DNA from: Podospora anserina
Taxonomy: Eukaryota
Length of the DNA: 64,000 bases
Direction of reading: 5' to 3'
NCBI GenBank assembly: GCA_017654855.1
Contig: CM030334.1
Span: 682,001 to 746,000, forward strand
The notes under the pieces are model-generated. The model was not told the origin of the DNA and ran no database searches. It saw only the letters and a list, made by a program, of their open reading frames with translations. Made by a program: the position numbers and the translations under genes. This document shows, piece by piece, positions 1 to 10,592 of this stretch. Position 1 is the first letter of the stretch, and every line of letters begins with the position of its first letter.

Positions 1-3000
1 AGAGCTATGAGAATTAATAGAAGGGTTAATAGCGGAGTACGAAAAAGAAGATTTTTAAATATAAGTATTATAGGATTATTTAATATAAGTTATTACGGAA
101 ATTATTATAACGTTATTAAAGACGATAACCCTATATAGTAGGAAAAACCTATTAAATAAATAATATCAGAGAGCTAGTATCGTAAATATAAAATTATTAT
201 TTCGTAAAAAAATATTATAGTTTAGGAAATTCGTATATAAAAGCAGGGAAAAATATCAAAAAGGTAAAAAGGTCGATAATATTAAAATCCCGAAAATACT
301 GGAGATATACTTACGTTTGTATAGTATATACTTTATAAAAGAAATACGATATCATTCTATTTTAAATATTTAAAGTCCCGGAAAGTACTTCGATTTCAAT
401 ATATAATATATATATATATAAAGTATTATTAAAGTAAAGCGTTATACGGTTATTAACCGAGATATAAGATAGGTAAAGAAGATAACTTATAGCTGGTTAG
501 AAGGACTATAGTTAGACGGGAGAGAGTTTACGAGGAATTAAACGATTATTTTTTATAAAAGGTTTAAGACCAGGTTAAATTAAAGGGTACCCTTTAATTA
601 ATATAGTTCGCTTTAAGGTACACCAGATACTACTTTAAATATATAAACGATTGGATTATCAACGATAATAAGGTCTTTTAATTAAAAAAACCGGTATTAA
701 TATAGTACTTAAGCCCGGACTATACGTTATACTTACGGAAAAAAAATTTAATAATATTATTAGGTAAGGAAGGAAGTTTAAAAAAAAAAATTAAATAAAG
801 AAAATATTATTAGAATAAATCTAATAAAATACTAAAGATATTAAAAATTAAAAATAAAAGGATGTTAGGTAAGGATAATAAAATAGCTTCGCGTTATTAG
901 ATAATCTAGAGTAGGAAAACACTTTTAAAAAAGTATAATCGTTTGAAAAACGACTGGTAGCTTTTTGCGAGGGTTAATAACCTTTAACGGACTACAAATA
1001 GTATTACTAAAACTATTAATATAAATAAAGGTATAGGATAACGATTTAATACTTATTAACGAAATCGCTATTATATAAGGAGGAAGAAAGAAAACTAAAT
1101 ACTTTTAGATTATAGTATACTAAAAGAATATTTAGGCAGTAGTATTGATTAATTAAAGTACGGAAATATATTTAATTTCGTTATAGTTTATATATTAAAT
1201 TAAAATATTATAAAAAAAAGAAAGGTATGGATTATAACATAAAAGCTATTTCTAACATAGAAAATCTATAGAGAAATATTAGCTTTAAATTCTATAGTCA
1301 AAAGGAAAATAGTTTTAATTATATTTAATATTATAAATATAAGACCTTCGAAAAATAAAATTCTAAAGTAACTATAGTATAAAGATTATAATTCAAATTC
1401 CAATGAGAAGGATAGGAACTATTTACGACTAAAAGTCTTTTTAGAAATATTTAATTAGCGATAGGGGATTAAAAATTTATAGAGAATAGAGTATAGGATA
1501 AATATCCTCTACGGTACTATCATAAAGAATTAAGAAGTAATCATATACTTTATTAACATAGGCGGTGAAATCGAAAAAGTAAGAATAATAACGTTAGTAA
1601 TGAATGATATTAGAGATTAACAAATATATTTATAATAATAATATAGAGAAAGGTAAGAAAAAAGTAATACTAGTAGAATATCAAAGATATTTAACTTTTA
1701 CGGCTAAGTGTTTAGAGGGACTGTCAAAGGAAGAACCGTAGAATGATAAAATTAAATAAAGCAAAAATACTTTACGGTTATTTAAGGTTTATTATGCTAA
1801 GGATAAATAAAGTAAGGAATTATAAAAGAATTTGAGAAAGATTTAAAGAGAGGATATATGAGGGAATTTATATTCTTAATAAGATACCTTATATTTCTTC
1901 CACAAAAAATTGTAATTTAAAATTATATATAGATTACTATTAACTAAATAATGAAACGGTAAAAATTTAATTATTTTATTATTATTAATATTTAGGTTTT
2001 AAACTTAATTAATTAGAGCGTAATACTTTATACTTTTAAATATAGCTATTAAACATATTTATATACGGATTAAGAAAAGAGATAAATAAAAAATAATATT
2101 TTATATTACTATTTAAATTAATTAATGTATTTATAACGTTCTATTTTTGTATTATTTATATAGTACGAAGGTACCTCGATAAAACGGTAAGATATTATTT
2201 TAAAAATACTTTTATTTATTAACGTATTTTAAAGTAGTATAACCTATATATATAGAAAATATTTAATATATTATGTACAGCCGCACTTTTAATTAATAAA
2301 GAAAATAGGGAGTTTTAGATATAAAAATTAATATATTAAAAATATTTAATATCGCTAAGAAAGGTTCGGATGAAACTAGGGAAAATTATGGTAATTAAAA
2401 ACCATTTATACTATAATTATAAATATGTATTAAGGAATTTCCATGGTTTATAAATTTTTATTAGAAATTTATTCGAAGAAATACGGGAATTACATAGTTA
2501 TTTAATCATTTAATTAAAACAAATATAAAATTCTGGTGGGCGTAAGAAAAAAAGTAAGCTTTGTAAAAATTAAAAGAAAAATTATTTTAAAGGACTTAGT
2601 ATTTAAATTATTAAAAGCTCATTAAATATTCGAGGTCGAGATTAAAATTCTAAATTATACGATGAGTAAATAATCAGGATAGCAAAACGAAAATAAAAAG
2701 CTATATTTTATAACTTTTTTTTTTTGGATAAAAGAGGTACGTTAAAATTATTTAATTTATAATAATAAAATATTTATTATTATGGAAGCGTTTGAAGAGT
2801 AAAGGCTATCCTTAAATAGTATTAATTATAAAATATAGATTTATACGGATTAGAAAATCTTATAATACTTTATTATTATAAAAGTCCTTAATATATAGAA
2901 AATATAATAATTGAAGCTTTTTTCAAAATTTGATTTTTAAATTATTTATACAAGGGGTTCGGAAAACCCTAGGATGTATATATAAAAGATTAAATAATAC

Positions 3001-4112
3001 TTTAATTAATTAAGAATTAAGGATAACGTTAAAGAAATTATTTAATTATATTATATATATAAAAGAATAAGAGTTCCAAAATATAAGTTTTTTAGATTTT
3101 TAAAGTTACTATTAATATCGAAACAATTATAGAGTTTAATTACGATAAACTTTATTACTAAATTACTAAAATTAAGAAATATAATAATCGGCGTTAAATA
3201 TAAAAATATATTAACGGAAATCGAGAGATTTATTGAACAAACGTATTTTTTACTTTATAAGGAAACTTAATCGGTAAAGTAATTAATAAACATAGTACTA
3301 TGATATATTATAGTTATATATATATATATATATATTTAAAGAAATGTACTACGGACCACGATACTAAATTTGTATTAAAGTGTTTAAAAATATTAATAAC
3401 GAGGTTAGAGGTAATAAGTAAAGTATTTCCGGCTTATTACCTTTAAATAAATAGTTAAATAACATAATTTATTTAAACTGTAAAATACTATTTACAGAAT
3501 TATATTAATTTCGAGTAAAATGATTAGGTTAAATTATTGTTCATAGTATAGTTAATATATTATATATTGTGAATGGAAACGATTAAATAAAATAAAATAT
3601 CGGAAACGGTATTCGAACTAAAGTTACTTCATATAATATATGTAAAGTTATATATTTTTTATATTTTACTTTTAGAACCTGTATTCTTAATGAAGTCAAT
3701 ACGTAGGAAGTAACAGAAAGAGAAAAGAAAAAGTACCATATTAAAGAAATATTAAAATTACGGTTTAATAGAGGTTAATTAAAATATTTAATTCGTTAAT
3801 TAGAATATTCGGCTATATATAATTCGTAAGAACTAAAAGTGAATTTTAATTATTTTAATAAATAAAAATATTCTACCAGTAATATTTAAACCGGCCTAGA
3901 TAAAAAAGATTTTTTTAAGTTTACGGACTTCATTTATAACTTTAAATACAGAATTTCGATAAGAATCGAACCCGTACTTAAAGGAATCTAGGCTTAATTA
4001 GTATTACGTACCCTAACCGCCGTAAACATAATAAAGGCGTATTACGTAGCGAGATATTTAAAAAGAACGTATCTAAATTTTACGGGGGTTTACCTATAAA
4101 CTTAAATATTAA

Positions 4113-4183
4113 GAACCTCAATGGGAGTCGAACCTACGTTTTTAGCGAAGCAACTAGCGTATTATATATTATATTATAAAGTT
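4113..4183 (-). other. tRNA-like cloverleaf (pseudo-tRNA) inside the retrotransposon 3' region
   Basis: Minus strand: AACTTTA TA ATAT AATATATA ATAC G CTAGT TGCTTC GCTAA AAAC GTAGG TTCGACT CCCAT TGAGGTT C. All four stems close if RIP-type transitions are reversed; B-box GGTTCGACTCC is intact; the anticodon loop has only 6 nt. Confidence 0.6.
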
Positions 4184-4367
4184 AGAAGGTATGAGGGGAC
4201 CTAAATATAATTAGCGTTATATATTTTAATTATTTTAAAAAAGTTAGAGACGTATTACCGGTAATACTTTATATATTTAGGAGGGAAGGATTAACTATAT
4301 TAGAATCGAAGGAAAGGTCGGAAAGATAGTTAAGGCTTAAAGAAGGGTCCGGGACGTAAGGAGATTA

Positions 4368-4587
4368 TGTAACGGTATCTTAAGCGGCGTCCGGCCGCGT
4401 AGGAATACTTAATAAAAAACTAAGTAACGTTGCGGTTACGGACTACGCTACTTAGGTATCCTCCTCCTGAACGTTTTTCGTAGGTATAGAGGGAGTAACG
4501 TATTTATTTTACCCGGATAAACTTAATACTTAGTTATAAAAGTTATTTTTTAAGCTTTTACCTTAAGTTAATATTAAATCCGTTACA
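4368..4587 (+). repeat. 220-bp LTR, probably the 3' LTR of the gypsy relic
   Basis: Ends TGTAACGG...CCGTTACA form a perfect 8-bp terminal inverted repeat; preceded by a purine-rich tract; flanks gatta/tagaa do not match, so it is not a solo LTR. Confidence 0.6.
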
Positions 4588-5265
4588 TAGAATTTTATAT
4601 TATATACATTTGAATATTATAAAAATCTAGAGGTTATAATATAAAAGATTCTGGAAATAAATTAGGTGGAATAAAGTATTACGGTAGAACTATAATAAAG
4701 GATTTCTAAAGTAAAAGAAAAACCTATTTAGTTTTATAATAACGATTCAATATATAATTAAACATAATAAGAAGTAAAGAAAAGTAAAGAAAAAAATTTA
4801 TAATATTATTAATAATAATAAAAGACTAGGCTATAGGGACTTCGGCCTAGAAAGGAAATATTATATTACGGTTTTAGAGAATAGTAGGGTTATAAGGAAT
4901 TAATTAGGATTAAACTAAGCGATTAAGCGGGGCCTATAGTTTAGGTGGATCAGATAGACTAATAAGATAGGGACCGAGGACCGCGGTAGAGCCTACGGTC
5001 TATGGTCTAGCATCAGCTAATTAGGAGTAAACCGAGGACCGTCTATAACAGTCCACGGTCCCTAGATCTATATATACGGAGGAACTGCTTAGTATAGATA
5101 GATAGTTCCGCAGTATATAATTTAAGTTATAATTGTTAGTATCTTAGTTATTGTAATCGAGATAAGCTATTTGTTATATACTGTTTAGCTATACTAAACT
5201 AGGATTGTTTAGAAGTGCCTTTAACTAGTATCCTTTTCAGAGATTCTGGATAGGAGTTCGTTATA
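4588..5265 (+). mobile_element. 3' end of a second RIP-mutated gypsy element: chromodomain-like remnant, purine tract and LTR (4864-5265)
   Basis: The 3' half and both ends of 4864-5265 match the LTR at 13235-13587 mainly by transitions (tattacgg vs tgtcacgg; shared ctatatatacggaggaact; ttcgttata vs ttcgtcaca). The chromodomain remnant at ~4640-4730 is weak. Confidence 0.7.
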
Positions 5266-5584
5266 CTAACTATTTAAATATATTTTATATACCTTGAGTT
5301 TTTTATACACTTTTTGGATTTTTATTACAATAATCAAAATCTATTAAAGAATATAGTTTTTCTAAAGGGGTAGTATTTAATATCATAGAAGTTTATTTTT
5401 ATTTCCATTACTGCCCTAATAGTTGTTTTACTGACGAAGCTGGTGCTAGTTAGGTAGCACAATTTCGCCGACTACTTAGCTTAACACCACGTGAACCAAT
5501 CCAAAAGCCCAACGACGCTGCCCAACGATATCTTCTACCCTTCGCTCCCTTCCACACACAACTACTCCGGCAACAATACTCGAT

Positions 5585-6544
5585 ATGGACTCCCAGTATC
5601 ACAGTACCCTTTTCCACATCCCCTTCGAGGTTCGGGATGCTATATACTCATCTCTTTTCAGTTCTACAATACTTTCCTTTGCGACTTCAGTTCCAACCGA
5701 CGATGCAAGACTCAATAAACTCCAAGCGCCATTACATGCTATCGCTCTGCTCCGCACCTGCCGAAGGGCTAATGCGGAAATCTCCAAGTCATGGCTCAGT
5801 CACGTCCTGTTTTATTTCGATGATCCGATGTCGCTGCTTGACAAGCTCGCGCCTATCCCCTTGGAAGAGCTGTCCCTCATTCGATATATCTCCGTGCGTG
5901 GGGATCCTCTGCTGCTTACCTACCCGCCAAAAATACAAGTACATCACAATCTGGTTGGTGTATTGAAGCTTCTTCCCCGGCTACAGCTACGCCAACTTAC
6001 GGTTTTGGGGAGCGGTAGCGACAAGTTCCAATATCGGATGTTGGACGAGTTCATCAAGCATGGGAACGGTTGGCAGGAATTACGTTTCATTAGTCACGAC
6101 TCTGGGATGCTTGGGTATGCTTATTATTGCCTTGATCCGACACTTTGTGACCGGTACCAACGGCGACCACAACCAGAGCATTGGCAAAGAGTGATGGAGG
6201 AGAGAGACGGTGTACATTCTTACCCGTCAGTCTCAATTTATCGAGGAAAGCGGGCCGGTCATTGCGGAGCTGTCTTCAAGCCTGAAACCCGGGAGGTGAT
6301 GGCGCAAAGTCACAACGGGGCACCATTTTCAGTGGATGATTACGGAACAGCGGAGGACCCAGTGTTTATCAGTGAGAGTGAACGAGGCAAGGAGCTCATG
6401 GTGGCTGTCAGAAGAGGCCAGCGAGGTATGGACTACGAAGAAAAGGCCAATAGTCCATTTCTTCCAGGTCGCGACATTCGGAGAGACTTTCCGGGCAAGA
6501 CTTGGGTTGAGATCCGCGCTGCATGTACCAAGGCAGCATATTGA
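5585..6544 (+). CDS. Fungal hypothetical protein (319 aa), probably C-terminally truncated by stop codons
   Basis: Long ORF with normal GC and an N-terminal F-box-like IPFEVRDAIY motif; the frame continues past TGA TAG as SDGRPLENSLDLYLGIDELI*. Confidence 0.7.
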   Translation: MDSQYHSTLFHIPFEVRDAIYSSLFSSTILSFATSVPTDDARLNKLQAPLHAIALLRTCRRANAEISKSWLSHVLFYFDDPMSLLDKLAPIPLEELSLIRYISVRGDPLLLTYPPKIQVHHNLVGVLKLLPRLQLRQLTVLGSGSDKFQYRMLDEFIKHGNGWQELRFISHDSGMLGYAYYCLDPTLCDRYQRRPQPEHWQRVMEERDGVHSYPSVSIYRGKRAGHCGAVFKPETREVMAQSHNGAPFSVDDYGTAEDPVFISESERGKELMVAVRRGQRGMDYEEKANSPFLPGRDIRRDFPGKTWVEIRAACTKAAY

Positions 6545-6766
6545 TAGTCGGACGGCCGCCCACTTGAAAACAGCCTCGATCTCTACCTGGGCATCGATGA
6601 GCTCATCTGAACTTCGCGTTGTACCTATGCCCTAACAATCAGAGCACCACTATTAGAAACACCCTTGAACTCTCCAGGACCACGAGCTCTTATCTGTATC
6701 TGTTGAATATTACAACATCCGGGCCAGATGGTCATATCGCACTCTCTAACCACGCTTCTAGCTGAC

Positions 6767-7891
6767 TTAAGCTGCCTCGACTTCGAGGATCCTCTTGACG
6801 GACTGTATAGGCCTCCAGATTTCGACAATGTTGAGCCCAGCGCTGGCTACCAACTCACGCCACTCTTCCTCGGACCGCTCAGCCGCGGCAAGACATGCCA
6901 TCATGGTAAGATCGGATACAGTAACCCTTGAAGGCGTCTTCACGCTGCTCACCAAACTTTCATGTATCAGCGGTCTCGGATAGCCTTTCCTCACAGCAGG
7001 TGCCAAGGTCTGCAAGATCTTCTTGGCCGTCTCAGCTGGTTAGCCATGCAACAATTTGTCCCTGAAATAAAATCGGGCGCCCCTTTGATTTTGCCGGCTG
7101 TGGAGTGAAGAAATTGTGTAGCTGTAACTGGATGACGGGACCGACATTCACTCCATTGAGGGTACCGAGTAAATCTTGAAGGGCCAGACAGCCAGGGGCA
7201 GTCTCTGGATGCCGGGCCAGAAACTTCTTCAAATCATGACCTTGACACCGCCGATATTTACGACAAGCGGGCGAATCTTGTCGTTGTCGATCTGTGAAGG
7301 AAGGGCGAGGATGGTGTCGAAAGGGTGTATATCGACCCAGGGCGTCGGGTTGTATTTGGAGTGGCACTCCAGAGCATCGTTGAAATCTGATGTCAGGGGC
7401 GTACTTGTCCATACATGCCAGCAAAAGAAAGATCCTCAACCAGAGCCTTTGCCCACGGGGTTCGCGCATATGTATATTGTGCAACTTATCTGATCAGTGA
7501 CTGGCCGGATATGTATGGCACGCATCATGCGCCCTACAAGTTCACCACTCCAACATCAATGTCCGTGTTCCGTATCACACTTTTAAGCAAGAGGGAAATG
7601 CGAATGAGAAGCTCATCGGCACCCGTGAGTTGAGCCAATATGGAGCATGTTATGGGGGCTCCTTCACGCTCGGCCGCCCATTTTGTAAACACGCCAGCGT
7701 CGATGAGGATTTTTAGTGCAGTGTTGATGCTGGGGATGACCCAGTTTTGGTCCCAGGCGATGTCCCAAGGACATTGAATTCTCCGCAGGGCTTCGGAACG
7801 CTGCGTCTCTCGCACGCATTATTTCGGTGTTTGAGAAGTACGTGGCGTCAACGCACTCAAGACTGGCCAGGAGCTGGTCTGTTGGTATCAT
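6767..7891 (-). pseudogene. Fungal SAM-dependent O-methyltransferase pseudogene
   Basis: Family motifs are split across frames: ATG 7891 MIPTDQLLASLE; PWDIAWDQNW..LAQLTGADELLIR; GHDLKKFLARHP..LQDL; HNFFTPQP; DLTMMACLAAAERSEEEWRELVASAGL. Frameshifts near 7800 and 7245. Confidence 0.8.
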
Positions 7892-9092
7892 ATTGTGCTG
7901 TCGGTAAAATTTTATCTCATTTGAGGCTGTCGTCGAGTGGTAGATTGGCACGGGGCCGTGTGTATTTATCATCAACCTCACTCTCCCCCTCATTCCGATA
8001 CCGCCACGCGGCCCCATGTGCGGATATCTGTGGTTAGAATGATATGGAAAGTCCAGGGACAAGCTCAAAAAAGACTGCTGCACAATACAAGTAGTTCGTC
8101 ATGGCCCCTGGTCATAGGCTTTCTTTGTGGCCCACCTGACCACTTTTATGTTGAGTACACATTGGTATAACAACCATATCCACCCCTTGCTAAGCACTGT
8201 TGTCAAGCTTTCCGTGTAGGCTCGAATCAGGATAATAGGCGAGCAAAACAGCGCCAAGCACCAACGGAGTATCGAAAGTTGTATAATCTTGTTGATGACC
8301 TGGGCACCATTTTGATCCCGCCTGCGGTGGGCTCAGGTGAAAATCATTCTGAGATCCAGATGTCCTCCCCACGCATAGCGCTCAACGTGGGTGGATATTG
8401 AGTGAGGGATTACACGAGTACACTAAGAGGTTTCAGTACATGGCTTGTGTGATGTTGGGGACTGGGGAGTGTAGTTTGCTAATCGAGCATGCTGCGCAGC
8501 GTCTGCGGTGACTTTCATAGCCCGGTTCAATCTTATCCACTCGGTCTCTCAGGGATGCACAGTGTCCACGAACAGGGACACTTGACTAAGTATGAAGAAT
8601 TCGTTCCAGGATATAGCCAGGTCTCCCGTCAACAGTGACGTCGGGTAAGATCTCGCGACTAAGATAGATAGCCTTGGAGGAGCGACCTGGAAGTCGGAGG
8701 ATCCACAGTATGATGGGTGTGTCCGTTGCTTCCCACTCTCTGGGCGGGATCATACCGCAAGGGCATGCTGGTAGTTTACAGACCAAAAGTGACAAAAAGG
8801 AACAATCAAAAACCCACAGCTTGCAGTTTCCAGTTGTTTGTTTCATTTTAGCTTTGACAGTGGGTGGGGCCTTGTTGGGGTTCCCCCCAGCATACTCCGT
8901 TGCTCCTCTCGCTCTGCCCCCCCCTCTTCAAGCCTCTCTTCATCTCTCTCCAATACTGTCTACAGTTTCCCTAACCCCTCCACTCAATCTTCGCAACCAA
9001 CCTGCTATGTGGGGTCTCGAGCTGCCACCGAAGTGTTGTGTAGTCTGTAACGTGTGTGTCAATGTGTCACGTTTATTAGCCGAAGGCCATCG

Positions 9093-9490
9093 TGTGACGA
9101 ACCCCTGTACAGAACCTCTGAAAGGGATACGGGTTGAAGGTAACTTCTGACAATTGGTTCGGTGCAGCTAAACAGTGCACAACAAGATGTCTCAATGTAA
9201 ACACAAGATACCGTGAATACAATTGTGAATTGCATACTGCGGAACTATCTACAAGCTATCTAGTTCCTCCGTATATATAGACCTAATGCCAAGCCTGGAT
9301 CATTCTGTTTCTCCCCGGATCATGACCGATTCTTAAGGATCATGAGTGATTCCTGGGAATCGCTCATGATTTCTTCATGTCCCGGATGATCCACCTCTTA
9401 TTGGTCCATCCTCCTTTCTCTTGATTGGCTGCCGTGCCTCCTCTTCCCTATTGGTTGTTCTTTGCGGGTGTCCACATCATATTCGTGACA
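9093..9490 (-). mobile_element. Solo LTR (398 bp), reverse orientation, perfect 5-bp target-site duplication (TSD)
   Basis: TG...CA ends; CATCG at 9088-9092 and 9491-9495; 9093-~9283 is the reverse complement of the 3' half of LTR 13235-13587. Confidence 0.9.
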
Positions 9491-10592
9491 CATCGCTACG
9501 TAGTAGTAACGACCTTGTAGAAAATTATTTAGGGATAGGTATAGGCCGACTTGTAATAACAGTTAGGAGTAGTTTCTATAGCTTATTTAAGCCCATTAAT
9601 CTTTTATATTATTATAATAATAATAAAAGTGGAGGTAATAAAACATTCTACATATTAAGTATTTAAATGCAATTTTAAATTTTAATTCAATTTATTTAGT
9701 AGTATATGATACTATTGAAAACCAAAATATATTACATGAAATATATATATATAAATTTTAATTATAAACTGAGAATGAAAATAATAACTAGAAACGAAAA
9801 ATAAAATAAAAACTAAATAAGCATAAAGGAACCCAAAAAATTATAACAGTTTTTTTCCCTCGAATATTTCATAAACATTACGCTTTATTTTATAGATCTC
9901 ACTATATACCTCTTTATAATATCAATATCTTTTTAAATTAATACTTTAATGTATTAAGTTTTTAACCTCCATAATATATTCTTTCTTTGTCTTCCCTACT
10001 TTTAAAATGGTATTGTATTTTCTCTTCCTTTTTAAATTTTTTACTTACTATAAATTATAAATCCTTCCGTTTTTTCGTTTACATATTTTCATGATATTTT
10101 TTTTCTTTACCAGTAAATCTTTTTTAATAATCATAATACTCTTAATATTTTTGTACTTAATTATACTGTATATAAAGAGTAAAAATAAAGATAATGAAAT
10201 ATATTAAATCAATTTGCTATTCTGAATCATAATTTTGTTTTCCTATTAATTTTTGTTATTATTAAATATATTATAATCTTAATTATTGTAGATTCAAAAA
10301 TTACTATCGCGATGTTTATGAACTTAAATCACCTTAGAATTTATATATAACTTCTATAGAATTCAAGGTTATTAATTTAAAAAACATATATATTTCGGTT
10401 TTTATTAACTACATTAAAAAGAAAGGTTTGAAAGTTATTTTTAAAAAGAATTTAATGATAATAGAAGTATAATATCTAAAAATAAAATATTAGATAATTT
10501 AGCGCTATATTTAATTTAATACACTACTATTAATATTAATATAACAATTTTAAAATACCGGAATTTATTATAGAAACCTAATTAAAAATATA

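Larger units (their letters stand above)
1..4587 (+). mobile_element. Heavily RIP-mutated Ty3/gypsy (chromovirus) LTR retrotransposon; 5' part lies outside the window
   Basis: Very AT-rich, no ORFs. Reversing transitions gives recognisable motifs in gypsy order: RT (PILF..KK..LRLCVDYRQLN-like, ~1890-1965), RNase H (FEVETDASDY-like ~2628; NYPIHDKE-like ~2745), integrase (TMDFITKLP-like ~3141; AYHPQTDGQ-like ~3430), chromodomain (YLIRW..Y/NSWEP-like ~3781-3832). Confidence 0.85.

Noticed and set aside
9040-9092. Minus-strand GCCTTCGGCTAATAAAC plus a CA-rich tail resembling a LINE 3' end
   Set aside because: No reverse-transcriptase remnant could be read in the adjacent RIP-mutated DNA; too little support.
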